From an uncultured Clostridia bacterium (GTDB lineage Bacteria > Bacillota > Clostridia > TANB77 > CAG-465): a DNA stretch of 64,000 nucleotides. Positions 36,735 to 46,213 of the stretch are shown here, in pieces; within the stretch, counting starts at the first letter, position 1, and each line of letters begins with the position of its first letter. Made by a program: the position numbers and the translations under genes. The notes under the pieces are model-generated. The model was not told where the DNA came from. It did no database searches and saw only the letters and a list, made by a program, of their open reading frames with translations. Location: positions 3,871-67,870 of the forward strand of contig CANPWO010000003.1 in the NCBI GenBank assembly GCA_947584535.1, in the 5' to 3' direction.

Positions 36735-38135
36735 ATGAATAAAAATATTGCTTTATCTATACTAAATGTTAAAGACAATGATTTACCAGATTTTTTGCAA
36801 GAATATAAAGAAAGTATAGATAAAATCAGTAAAATAAAAAATAGTAATATGTTTTCATATATTGTGCATTTTGACGTAATGGATGGAAAATTTGTAAACA
36901 ATATAGGAGTAGATATAAAACATATAAAGCTTGCAAAAGAACTTGGTTTTTATGTTGATACACATCTTATGGTGCAAAATCCAATTGAAGATAAATATAT
37001 TGATAATGCTATATTATATGGAACAGACGATATTACGATACATTATGAAATAGAAAATTTTGAATATACGCTTAAATACTTAAATGAAAAAAAGAAGGAA
37101 TTAAAAGCTAAATTAAATAGAGATTTAGTAATTGGAATATCAATAAAACCAAATACAAAAGTAGAAGAAGTATTAAAATATAAAGACATGTTTACTAAAC
37201 TTTTGGTAATGAGTGTTGAACCAGGACTTGGTGGGCAAAAATATATTGATAGCACAAATGAAAAATTAAAGCATGCAAAATTGCTACTTAAAAATAAGAT
37301 TATACAGGTAGATGGAGGAATAAATTTTAATACTATTAGAGAGCCAATTAACATAGGAGTAGATAGTTTAGTTGTAGGAACATATTTAACAAATTCTAAA
37401 GAATTATTAAATAATATACAAAAAATTGAAATAGTAAAGGATATAGAATATTTACCAAAAAATTCAAATATTGAATTTGATAAAAGAATATTACAAATTA
37501 TACCTGGAGGTTATGGAGAAGGAGATATTTTACTTGGTATAACTATACCTAATACAAGAAAAATCGTAAATAAATGGTACAGACAAATTGATATAGCTAT
37601 TTTAGATGAATTTATTTCTTCGAAATATCATGAATATAGAAGATATGCATGTATTACTTTATCAGAAATGATGAATAATAAAAATGTAAAAAACAAGAAA
37701 GAAGAAATATATAATTTTTTTGAAAAGAATATTAGATATGTAAACAACTGGGATTTAACAGATATAGTTGCACCAAATGTATTAGGTAGTTATTTATTTG
37801 GTAAAGAAGAAAAAGTTATTAAATCAGTTTTACTAAAATATATATCAAATAAAAATTTATGGATAAAACGAATTGGAGTAGTTGCTTGTTTAAAATTTGC
37901 AAAAAGTAAAAATAAAGATATACCACTATATATTATTGATAAAGTATTATATAGCAATGAAGAACTTATAAATAAAGCAGTAGGATGGGTATTAAGAGAG
38001 ATATACAAAGTTTATCCAAAAGATATAGTAGACTATCTAAGTAAAAAGAATAAAGAAGAAAAATTACCAAAATTTGTTTTATCATATGCAATTGAAAAAA
38101 TGAGTATAAAAGAAAAACAGATTATTAAAAAGTAA
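36735..38135 (+). CDS. rpe: ribulose-phosphate 3-epimerase fused to a C-terminal AlkD-family DNA-alkylation-repair (HEAT-like) domain
   Basis: Residues 1-230 carry HFDVMDGKFVNNI, THLMV, MSVEPGLGGQKYI and VDGGIN (Rpe). Residues 240-466 align with B. cereus AlkD: GITIPNTRKIVNKWY, KYHEYRRYACITL, NWDLTDIVAPNVLG, NLWIKRIGVVACLKF, AVGWVLREI. Confidence 0.8.
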   Translation: MNKNIALSILNVKDNDLPDFLQEYKESIDKISKIKNSNMFSYIVHFDVMDGKFVNNIGVDIKHIKLAKELGFYVDTHLMVQNPIEDKYIDNAILYGTDDITIHYEIENFEYTLKYLNEKKKELKAKLNRDLVIGISIKPNTKVEEVLKYKDMFTKLLVMSVEPGLGGQKYIDSTNEKLKHAKLLLKNKIIQVDGGINFNTIREPINIGVDSLVVGTYLTNSKELLNNIQKIEIVKDIEYLPKNSNIEFDKRILQIIPGGYGEGDILLGITIPNTRKIVNKWYRQIDIAILDEFISSKYHEYRRYACITLSEMMNNKNVKNKKEEIYNFFEKNIRYVNNWDLTDIVAPNVLGSYLFGKEEKVIKSVLLKYISNKNLWIKRIGVVACLKFAKSKNKDIPLYIIDKVLYSNEELINKAVGWVLREIYKVYPKDIVDYLSKKNKEEKLPKFVLSYAIEKMSIKEKQIIKK

Positions 38136-38158
38136 TATTTTAGGGAGGTATATTAGTT

Positions 38159-39235
38159 ATGAAAAAAATAGCAATAATGACTGCAGGTGGAGATTGTGCA
38201 GGTTTAAATAGTGTAATTAAATCAGTAGTAATGTCTGCTGCAAATAAGGGTATGAAAGTAATAGGTATTCTTGATGGATATATTGGTTTTGTTGAAGGAA
38301 AATATATACATTTAGATAAAAGAAGCGTATATAATATTGAAAATCAAGGTGGAACAATACTTGGTTCTTCAAATAAAGAATGTCCTTTTCATTATCCAGT
38401 TGATGTTAAAAAAGGAAAATATGAAGATAAAGTTGCATCATCTATTGAACAATTAAGAAAAATAGGCGTTGAAGGAATGATAATAATAGGTGGAGATGGT
38501 ACACTTGATTCAGCAAGAGTAATAAATGAAGCTGGTATGCCTGTAATTGGAATTCCAAAAACAATAGATAATGATATGTCAGGTAGTAACCCAACAATTG
38601 GTTTTGAAACTGCAATTGAAAATGCAGTTATGGCAATAAGAAAATTAAAAACTACAGCATATTCACATAGGAGAGTTTTTGTTGTAGAAATGATGGGTAG
38701 AACATCTGGATACTTAACACTATATGGTGGATTTGCTTCAGGTGCAGATATAATTTTACTTCCAGAACGTGATTATAATCTAGATGTAGTTTGTAACAAA
38801 GTAAAAGAAATTATGGAGTCAGGACAAAGGTATGTCATTATTGCAGCCTCTGAAGCTTGTAAAGAGCAAGGAAAGAGTGAAACTATTGCAAGGGTATTAG
38901 AAGATAGCTTTGAGAAGAAAAGATATGGTGGTATTGCTGAAAAACTTTCAGCACAAATTGAACAAATTACTGGCTATGAAACTCGTCCTATGGTACTTGG
39001 ACATTTACAAAGAGGTGGAGAACCTTGTACAGCAGATATTCTTCTTGGAGCAAGACTTGGAGATTATGCACTAAATTTACTTGCAGACGATAGGTTTGGC
39101 TATATAGTTGGGGCAAAAGAAAATGAGCTAATTAAAACTAGATTCCCTAAAACAAGAGAGCCAAGAATTCTTGACTTAGACGATAATGATATATCAAGAA
39201 CAGCTCGTGATATGGGTATATGTTTTGGTGTATAA
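38159..39235 (+). CDS. pfkA: 6-phosphofructokinase
   Basis: MTAGGDCAGLNSVI, GGDGTLDSA and MGRTSGYL motifs of the PFK family. Confidence 0.9.
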   Translation: MKKIAIMTAGGDCAGLNSVIKSVVMSAANKGMKVIGILDGYIGFVEGKYIHLDKRSVYNIENQGGTILGSSNKECPFHYPVDVKKGKYEDKVASSIEQLRKIGVEGMIIIGGDGTLDSARVINEAGMPVIGIPKTIDNDMSGSNPTIGFETAIENAVMAIRKLKTTAYSHRRVFVVEMMGRTSGYLTLYGGFASGADIILLPERDYNLDVVCNKVKEIMESGQRYVIIAASEACKEQGKSETIARVLEDSFEKKRYGGIAEKLSAQIEQITGYETRPMVLGHLQRGGEPCTADILLGARLGDYALNLLADDRFGYIVGAKENELIKTRFPKTREPRILDLDDNDISRTARDMGICFGV

Positions 39236-39269
39236 AATAATATTATATAGAAAATAGGTGAAAATTAAT

Positions 39270-39875
39270 TTGAAATTATTACTCGCAAGCAATAATAAAT
39301 CTAAAGCAAAAGAAATAAAAGACATATTAGGTGAAGAGTATAAAATTCATACTTTATTAGATTTCGATTGTAAAAATATTCCTCAGATTGAAGAAGATCA
39401 AGATACTTTTAAGGCTAATGCTTTAAAAAAGGCAAAATTAATTGCTGAAATTTTTAATATACCAACTATAAGTGATGATAGTGGAATAGAAATTTTAGCA
39501 TTAAATAACTGGCCTGGTGTATATACTAAAAGACTTGATAAATCTGGAATTGGTGAAAAAATGTCTACAGTAGAAAGAAATAAGTATATTTTAGATAAAG
39601 CAAAAGATATTGAGGATAGAACAGTTATATGGAAAACTGCTATTGCAATATATTTCCCAAACGAGAATTATAAAGTCTTTGAAGGAATAGTTGAAGGGGA
39701 GCTTGCTTATGAGATAGATGGGGATAATGGTTTTGCATTTGATAGTATTTTTAAGATTAAAGGAACAGATAAAACAATTGCTTGTCTATCTTCAGAAGAA
39801 AAAAATAGTATTAGTCCAAGAAAAATAGCACTTGAACAATTAAAAGAGTATCTATCAAGTTATATAAAAAAGTAA
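39270..39875 (+). CDS. rdgB: non-canonical purine NTP pyrophosphatase (RdgB/HAM1 family)
   Basis: LLLASNNKSKAKEIKDIL N-terminus and the family SDDSG motif. TTG at 39270 with a GGTG SD; the ORF-track GTG 39258 overlaps the SD. Confidence 0.8.
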   Translation: MKLLLASNNKSKAKEIKDILGEEYKIHTLLDFDCKNIPQIEEDQDTFKANALKKAKLIAEIFNIPTISDDSGIEILALNNWPGVYTKRLDKSGIGEKMSTVERNKYILDKAKDIEDRTVIWKTAIAIYFPNENYKVFEGIVEGELAYEIDGDNGFAFDSIFKIKGTDKTIACLSSEEKNSISPRKIALEQLKEYLSSYIKK

Positions 39876-39894
39876 TTTAATATATTTATATATA

Positions 39895-39924
39895 ACATCT
39901 ACATTTATTTGTAGGTGTTTTTTT
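39895..39924 (+). terminator. rho-independent terminator after rdgB
   Basis: ACATCTACA / TGTAGGTGT stem followed by a T6 run. Confidence 0.6.
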
Positions 39925-39934
39925 ATAAAAATAT

Positions 39935-39946
39935 GAACTTTTGTTT
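39935..39946 (+). promoter_or_regulatory. candidate LexA (Cheo-type) box GAACTTTTGTTT overlapping the lexA -35
   Basis: GAAC-N4-GTTT differs by one base from the Firmicute GAAC-N4-GTTC consensus and overlaps TTGACA at 39945-39950. Confidence 0.45.
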
Positions 39947-39973
39947 GACAAGATAATATATATATGATATAAT
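39945..39973 (+). promoter_or_regulatory. sigma-A promoter TTGACA-17-TATAAT (perfect consensus) for lexA
   Basis: -35 at 39945-39950 and -10 at 39968-39973. GGAGGA SD before ATG 40005. Confidence 0.6.
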
Positions 39974-40004
39974 AAAACAAACATAAGTTTTAGGAGGAAT
40001 TTAT

Positions 40005-40613
40005 ATGAATAATACAACATTAAACACTCAAGAAGAGAGGGTTTTTAAGTACATTAAAGAGAAAATACAAACTACTGGCTATCCACCATCTGTAAGAGAA
40101 ATATGTGCAGCTTTAGGTTTTAAATCAACATCATCTGCTCATCAGTATATAGAAAGATTAGCAGATAAAGGCTATATTTCTAAAGATGATTTAAAAACTA
40201 GAGCAATTAAAATAGTTGGTGCTGAATCAACTATACCACTTCCAATTGTAGGAAAAGTTGCAGCAGGAGAACCAATTTTAGCTCAAGAAAATATTGAAGA
40301 TTACTTTGCAATTGGAGAAAGTTTCTTTAGTAAAGATTCACTAAAAAATGATAATTTTATTTTAAAAGTGCAAGGTGAAAGTATGATTAATGCAGGTATT
40401 AATGATGGAGACTACATTATTGTTTCAAAACAAAATACTGCTAGAAATGGTCAAATAGTTGTTGCAATGATTGATGGAGATGCAACTGTAAAAACATTCT
40501 ATAAAGAAAAAGACCATGTTAGACTTCAACCTGAAAATGATACTATGGAGCCAATTATTGTTAGAGATGTAGAAATAGTAGGTAAAGTAATAGGATTATT
40601 TAGAAAGATTTAA
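40005..40613 (+). CDS. lexA: SOS repressor LexA
   Basis: N-terminal winged HTH and C-terminal S24 peptidase domain with GESMINAGINDGD and the catalytic Ser/Lys region. Confidence 0.95.
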   Translation: MNNTTLNTQEERVFKYIKEKIQTTGYPPSVREICAALGFKSTSSAHQYIERLADKGYISKDDLKTRAIKIVGAESTIPLPIVGKVAAGEPILAQENIEDYFAIGESFFSKDSLKNDNFILKVQGESMINAGINDGDYIIVSKQNTARNGQIVVAMIDGDATVKTFYKEKDHVRLQPENDTMEPIIVRDVEIVGKVIGLFRKI

Positions 40614-40623
40614 AGCTTTTATG

Positions 40624-40662
40624 AACAAGTTTTGTATTTAATTATATAAAGCTTGTTTTTTT
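40624..40662 (+). terminator. rho-independent terminator after lexA
   Basis: AACAAGTTTT / AAAGCTTGTT stem, 14-nt loop, then a T7 run. Confidence 0.55.
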
Positions 40663-40667
40663 CTGTA

Positions 40668-40694
40668 ACACAACTATTTTTTTATCATAAAATA
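40668..40694 (+). promoter_or_regulatory. possible sigma-K-type sporulation promoter AC-16-CATAAAATA upstream of dpaB
   Basis: AC at 40668-40669 and CATAAAATA at 40686-40694 match the mother-cell SigK consensus AC-N16/17-CATAnnnTA. This is inference only. Confidence 0.35.
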
Positions 40695-40716
40695 TTTCAT
40701 AAGGAGGAATATACTT

Positions 40717-41301
40717 ATGGAGCTAAAAGATAAAAAAATTGGATTTGCAATAACTGGTTCCTTTTGTAATTTTAAAGAAACAAAAGGAGTTTTAGAGGAA
40801 ATAAAAAAAGAAGGGGTAAAAGAGATTATACCTATTGTATCTTATTCAACAAAAGATTTTGACACTAGATTTTATAAAGCAAAAGAATATATAAAAATGG
40901 TGGAGGATACAACTAATAATAAAGTAATAGATACAATTGTAAAAGCTGAGCCTATAGGGCCTAAAAATATGGTGGATTTAATTGTTGTATGTCCTTGTAC
41001 AGGAAATACACTTGCAAAACTTGCAAATGGAGTTACTGATACACCTGTACTTATGGCTATTAAAAGCCATATTAGAAATAATAAACCTGTTGTAATAGGA
41101 GTATCTACTAATGATGGATTAGGAGTAACATTAAAAAATATTGGAATTGTATTAAATACTAAAAATATGTTTTTTGTGCCATTTAGACAAGATGACTGTA
41201 ACTCAAAACCAAAGTCTTTAGTGCTAGATTATAATTACATAATCAATACAATAAAATTAGCATTTCAAGGTAAGCAAATACAACCTATTCTTTCTAAATA
41301 A
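40717..41301 (+). CDS. dpaB: dipicolinate synthase subunit B (SpoVFB-like flavoprotein)
   Basis: 194 aa collinear with B. subtilis SpoVFB: KIGFAITGS, DTIVKAEPIGPK, CTGNTLAKLANGVTDTPVLMA, VSTNDGLG, FFVPFRQDD, QPIL. Confidence 0.85.
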   Translation: MELKDKKIGFAITGSFCNFKETKGVLEEIKKEGVKEIIPIVSYSTKDFDTRFYKAKEYIKMVEDTTNNKVIDTIVKAEPIGPKNMVDLIVVCPCTGNTLAKLANGVTDTPVLMAIKSHIRNNKPVVIGVSTNDGLGVTLKNIGIVLNTKNMFFVPFRQDDCNSKPKSLVLDYNYIINTIKLAFQGKQIQPILSK

Positions 41302-41331
41302 TACATAAAATTTTATGTAATTTTAATGTAT

Positions 41332-41366
41332 AAGAGGAAATTATAAATTTCCTCTTTTATTTTTTG
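41332..41366 (+). terminator. rho-independent terminator
   Basis: AAGAGGAAATT / AATTTCCTCTT stem plus TTATTTTTT. Confidence 0.75.
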
Positions 41367-41408
41367 AAAATATATGTTATAATTATTTAAACTGAAAGGA
41401 AGATTATA

Positions 41409-42722
41409 ATGAATGTAGGCCTAGTTACACTTGGTTGTAGTAAGAATCAAGTTGATAGTGAAATGTTACTTGGAATATTTAAAAAGAATAATTTTAATAT
41501 AGTTAGTAATGTAGAACAAGCTGATATAATCGTTGTAAATACATGTGGCTTTATAAAATCGGCTAAAGAAGAAGCAATTGATACTATTCTTGAAATGGCA
41601 GATTACAAAGTTAATGGAAAATGTAAAGCATTAATTGTTACTGGATGTCTTGCAAAAAGGTATAAAAAAGATATTTTAGAAACTATGCCTGAAGTCGATT
41701 TGTGTATTGGTGTTGATGAATATCCAAATATTGAAAAAATTTTATCTGAGTTTTTAAGTCAAGAATTTTTAGGAAAAGGACTAGAATTTTGTGATAGAAT
41801 AATATCTACGAATTTTCCTTCATGTTATATTCGTATATCTGATGGCTGTGATAATAAATGTAGCTATTGTGCAATCCCATTAATTAGAGGTAAATTTAAA
41901 AGTAGAAAAATTGAAGATATATTAGAAGAAGTAGAAAATTTAGCAGAGCAAGGTTTTAAAGAATTCTGTGTTATTTCACAAGATACTACAAAGTATGGTA
42001 AAGATATATATGGAGAACTTAAACTTGCTACTCTTTTAAATAAAATGTCTAAAATTAATGGTGTTAAATGGATAAGGGTACTATATATGTATCCATTTGA
42101 AATAACAGATGAACTAATAGAGGAATTTAAAACTAACGATAAACTATGTAAATATTTTGATATACCTATACAGCATTTAAGTAATAAAATATTAAAATCT
42201 ATGAATAGGTATGATACTAAAGAAATAATATATGAAAAGATAGAAAAGATAAAAAGTAAAATTCCAAATGCGATTATAAGAACAACGGTTATGACTGGTT
42301 TCCCTGGGGAAACAAAAAAAGATTACGAATTACTAAGAGATGGAGTACTTGAACTTAAATTTGATAGACTTGGTGCTTTTGCCTATTCAAAGGAAGAAGA
42401 TACAAAAGCATATGAAATGAAAAGTCAAGTTTCAGAAAAAATAAAGCACGAAAGACTTAAAGATATATTTGATATTCAAAAAAGCATTTCATATGAACTT
42501 AATTTATCTAAAATTGGTAGCACATATGAAGTATTAGTTGAAGGAATTACTGATGATGAACAATATTTTTCTTGCCGTTCATATATGGAAGCACCTGATG
42601 TCGATGGAAGAATATATATTAAAATTGATAAGGAAAGTTCATCAAAGTTAATTATTGGAGAATTTGCAAAGGTTGAAATAATTGGTGCAGATGATTACGA
42701 CCTATATGCAAAGGTAATTTAA
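41409..42722 (+). CDS. rimO: ribosomal protein S12 methylthiotransferase (MiaB-family radical SAM)
   Basis: MNVGLVTLGCSKNQVDSE MTTase N-domain, CDNKCSYC radical-SAM cluster motif and a C-terminal TRAM domain. Confidence 0.75.
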   Translation: MNVGLVTLGCSKNQVDSEMLLGIFKKNNFNIVSNVEQADIIVVNTCGFIKSAKEEAIDTILEMADYKVNGKCKALIVTGCLAKRYKKDILETMPEVDLCIGVDEYPNIEKILSEFLSQEFLGKGLEFCDRIISTNFPSCYIRISDGCDNKCSYCAIPLIRGKFKSRKIEDILEEVENLAEQGFKEFCVISQDTTKYGKDIYGELKLATLLNKMSKINGVKWIRVLYMYPFEITDELIEEFKTNDKLCKYFDIPIQHLSNKILKSMNRYDTKEIIYEKIEKIKSKIPNAIIRTTVMTGFPGETKKDYELLRDGVLELKFDRLGAFAYSKEEDTKAYEMKSQVSEKIKHERLKDIFDIQKSISYELNLSKIGSTYEVLVEGITDDEQYFSCRSYMEAPDVDGRIYIKIDKESSSKLIIGEFAKVEIIGADDYDLYAKVI

Positions 42723-42735
42723 TTAGGGGGTATTT

Positions 42736-44052
42736 ATGTACACAAAGGAAAGTTTAAAAAAATCTACTTTAACTGAGCTTAGAGCTCTTGCAGAAGAATT
42801 AAAACTTGAAGGTTATGAAAGACTAAAAAAAGAATATTTAGTTGAAGAAATTATTAAAAATCTAGAAGATAATAATAAATTAGATGAAAAAGTAGATATA
42901 CAAATTGAAAATCCTGAAACAGATTATATAGCTGAGGGAATTCTTGAAGTATTACCTGATGGTTTTGGTTTTTTAAGAAGTGATAATTACCAATCAGGAA
43001 GTAAAGATATTTATGTTTCTCAAGTTCAAATTAGAAGGTTTAAACTATCAACAGGTGATAAGCTAAAGGGAATTGCAAGATTTACAACTGATCCACAAAA
43101 TAAATTTCCTTCACTTATATATATTGAAAGTATAAATTCTGATAGAATTGAAGTTGCTGTAAAAAGACGTTCTTTTGATACTTTAATTCCTATCTATCCA
43201 ACTGAAAGGTTAAGACTTGAAACATCACCAAAAGAATTCTCAACTAGACTTATTGACTTAATTGCTCCAATAGGTAAAGGACAGCGTGGTTTAATTGTAG
43301 CTCAACCTAAGGCTGGTAAAACAACAATGCTAAAACAAATAGCAAATAGTATATTAAAGAATAACCCAGAAGTACATTTAATGATATTATTAATAGATGA
43401 GCGCCCTGAAGAAGTTACAGACATTGAGAGAAGTGTTGAGGCAGAAGTAATTCATTCAACATTTGATGAGTCACCAGATAATCATATAAAGGTATCAAAA
43501 ATGGTTATCGAAAGAGCAAAAAGACTTGTTGAACATAATAAAGACGTAGTAATACTTGTAGATAGTTTAACAAGACTTACAAGAGCAAATAATTTGCAAG
43601 TTGATCCAAGTGGAAGGACCCTTTCAGGTGGACTTGATCCTGCTGCATTACATTTCCCTAAGAAACTTTTTGGAGCTGCTAGAAATATTGAAAATGGTGG
43701 TAGTTTAACTATACTTGCAACTATACTTGCTGATACTGGAAGTAGAATGGACGATATAATTTTTGAGGAATTTAAAGGTACTGGTAACATGGAAGTACAT
43801 TTAGATAGAAAGTTAAGTGAAAGAAGAATATTTCCATCTATTGATATATATAAATCAGGTACTAGAAGAGAAGATTTATTACTAGAAAAAAACGAACTTG
43901 AATGTAGTCATTATATTAGACGCTTAATGTCGCAAAATAATTCTTCACTTTCAAATGCAGAAATGATAGAAAAAATTATAAATATTTTAGTGAAAACAAA
44001 TTCAAATAAAGAATTTATTAAGGTTTTTTTAGAAAATATTAAAAAGAAGTAG
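42736..44052 (+). CDS. rho: transcription termination factor Rho
   Basis: N-terminal Rho_N/CSD, GQRGLIVAQPKAGKTT Walker A and RecA-like core. 438 aa. Confidence 0.95.
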   Translation: MYTKESLKKSTLTELRALAEELKLEGYERLKKEYLVEEIIKNLEDNNKLDEKVDIQIENPETDYIAEGILEVLPDGFGFLRSDNYQSGSKDIYVSQVQIRRFKLSTGDKLKGIARFTTDPQNKFPSLIYIESINSDRIEVAVKRRSFDTLIPIYPTERLRLETSPKEFSTRLIDLIAPIGKGQRGLIVAQPKAGKTTMLKQIANSILKNNPEVHLMILLIDERPEEVTDIERSVEAEVIHSTFDESPDNHIKVSKMVIERAKRLVEHNKDVVILVDSLTRLTRANNLQVDPSGRTLSGGLDPAALHFPKKLFGAARNIENGGSLTILATILADTGSRMDDIIFEEFKGTGNMEVHLDRKLSERRIFPSIDIYKSGTRREDLLLEKNELECSHYIRRLMSQNNSSLSNAEMIEKIINILVKTNSNKEFIKVFLENIKKK

Positions 44053-44128
44053 TAAAAAGATGTATTATATGCTAAAATTATATTATGTTTAAAATTATAT
44101 TATAAATTATATAAAGAGGTTTGATAAA

Positions 44129-45770
44129 ATGAGTATAAAAGTTACATTTGATGATATGCGTACAATTGAAGTACCATATAAAACAAGTGCAGTTGATGCT
44201 GTAAAAATGGTTGAAAGTAATTTAAAGGATATTTTAGCTTTTAAAGTAAATAACGAAATTAGAACTTATGATTATAAACTTGTTAAAGATAGTCATATTG
44301 AATTTATAAAATTTAATAGTGCAGATGGTTATAGAATATATTCTAGAACTTTAAAGATGGTTTTGCACATGGCTCTTACATCTATATTTTCAAATACAAA
44401 AGTAGAATTTTTATCAACTATTGATAATGACCAATATTTTGTATTAAAAGGAATTGAGTTAACTGAGGAAAAGGTAAAGGCAGTAAAGGAAAAAATGCTT
44501 GATTTTATTAAAAAAGATTTGCCTATAACAAGAAAATCTGTACCATTAGAAGAAGCTACAGGTCTATATATTGCATCTAACTCAGAGGATAAGCTTAAAA
44601 ATATAAATAATAGATTAAAATCATATATCACAATGTATTTTTGTGATGGTATGTATAATAACTTTTATGGTGTACTTGCTCCAAGCACAGGTTACATTAC
44701 AAAATTTGATTTAATTAAGTATAGAGACGGGGCACTTCTTATGATACCTGATAAAGACATGAATATAAAAAAAGAGATTAAAGATAATAGACTTTATGAT
44801 ACTTTTATAAGCTTTAATGAATTAGATGATATTATAGGAATAGATAATGTAGGCGATTTAAATGATGCAATTTTAAAAAATAAGATTAATGATGTAATAC
44901 AAGTTTCAGAAGCTATACATGAAAGAAATATGGTAGAACTTGTACTTGACATTGAAAAAAAGAAAAATGTAAAAATGATTTTAATTGCTGGTCCTTCAAG
45001 TTCACGGTAAAACAACGTTTGCCCAAAAACTTGGCATTCAGCTTAGACTTACTGGTTTTAACCCTATTACAATAACAATGGATAATTATTTTAAAGAAAG
45101 AAAAGATACACCAATTGGAGAAGATGGAAAGTATAATTTTGAATGTGTAGAAGCTTTAGATATTAATTTATTTAATACACAAATTAAAGATTTAGTTGAT
45201 GGAAAAAGTGTTGAGCTTCCTGAATTTGATTTTGTTAATGGTACCAAAAAATTTAATGGGAAAATGCTTACATTATCTGATAGGGATATATTAATTGTAG
45301 AGGGAATTCACGCTTTAAATCCAATACTTACAGAATTTACTCCTGATGAAAATAAATATAAAATATATATTGCACCAATTGCAACACTTAATATTGATGG
45401 TTATACTAAGATTTCATCTTCAGATACAAGATTACTTAGAAGAATGGTAAGAGATTATAGTACAAGAGGTAATAGTGTAGAAAAGACTTTTGAATTATGG
45501 AATAATGTTAAAAGAGGAGAAGAACAATATATCTTCCCATTTGTAAATTCAGTTGATTATATATATAATTCAAGTCTTATATACGAACCTAGTGTAATGA
45601 AGATATTTGCTCAGCCACTTCTTTTGCAAGTTGATAATACAAGTCAGTATTATTCTGAAAGTAGAAGACTGTATGAATATCTAAATAACTTTTTACCTAT
45701 GGAAACAGGTAATATACCTATTAATTCAATTATAAGAGAATTTATCGGTAATGGATGTTTTTATCGTTAA
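44129..45770 (+). pseudogene. TGS-domain/uridine-kinase family protein disrupted by a single-base insertion at about nt 45005
   Basis: ORF 44129..45010 ends in IAGPSSSR* and ORF 44985..45770 begins HGKTTFAQKL. Removing the C in TCACGGT restores the P-loop GPSSSGKTTFAQKL. Confidence 0.65.
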
Positions 45771-45786
45771 TATAAATATTAATCAG

Positions 45787-45818
45787 TATGCAATTTATTT
45801 TGCATATTGATTCTTTTA
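45787..45818 (+). terminator. hairpin terminator (weak U-tract)
   Basis: TATGCAA / TTGCATA stem followed by TTGATTCTTTT. Confidence 0.45.
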
Positions 45819-45834
45819 TATATATTAATTTTTC

Positions 45835-45863
45835 TTGAAATATATTGTATTTTATAGTAAAAT
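45835..45863 (+). promoter_or_regulatory. sigma-A promoter TTGAAA-17-TAAAAT for the RNHCP-argS unit
   Basis: -35 at 45835-45840 and -10 at 45858-45863. The ORF-track start 45845 lies inside the spacer, so the real start is ATG 45893. Confidence 0.5.
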
Positions 45864-45892
45864 ATATACATAAGTTTAATGAGGTATTTAGT

Positions 45893-46213
45893 ATGTTTGT
45901 AAAAAATGATGAAAGTTTTATATGTTTAAATTGTGGTAAAAAGGTTGAAAAACTTAACTATACTTCAAGAGACCATTGTAATCATTGTTTATATTCTATT
46001 CATGTAGATATAACACCAGGAGATAGAGCAAATACATGCAAAGGTTTTCTTATACCAATAAATATAATTGATACCTCTAAAAAAGGAAAAGTTATTATAT
46101 ATAGATGTAGTAAATGTGGCAAAGAAGTAAGAAACATAGTTGCAAAAGATGATAGTGAAGATGCAATATATAATGTAATATCAAATTATTCAAAGCAAGG
46201 AGGAATTATTTAA
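45893..46213 (+). CDS. RNHCP-domain zinc-ribbon protein
   Basis: FICLNCGKKV...RDHCNHCLYSIHVD...GDRANTCKG...YRCSKCGKEV pattern typical of the RNHCP family. GAGGT SD. Confidence 0.55.
   Translation: MFVKNDESFICLNCGKKVEKLNYTSRDHCNHCLYSIHVDITPGDRANTCKGFLIPINIIDTSKKGKVIIYRCSKCGKEVRNIVAKDDSEDAIYNVISNYSKQGGII

Noticed and set aside
45771-46213. T-box leader expected upstream of argS.
   Set aside because: argS starts overlapping the RNHCP gene stop and the only upstream non-coding stretch is about 75 nt (terminator plus promoter). No specifier, T-box or antiterminator sequences are present.
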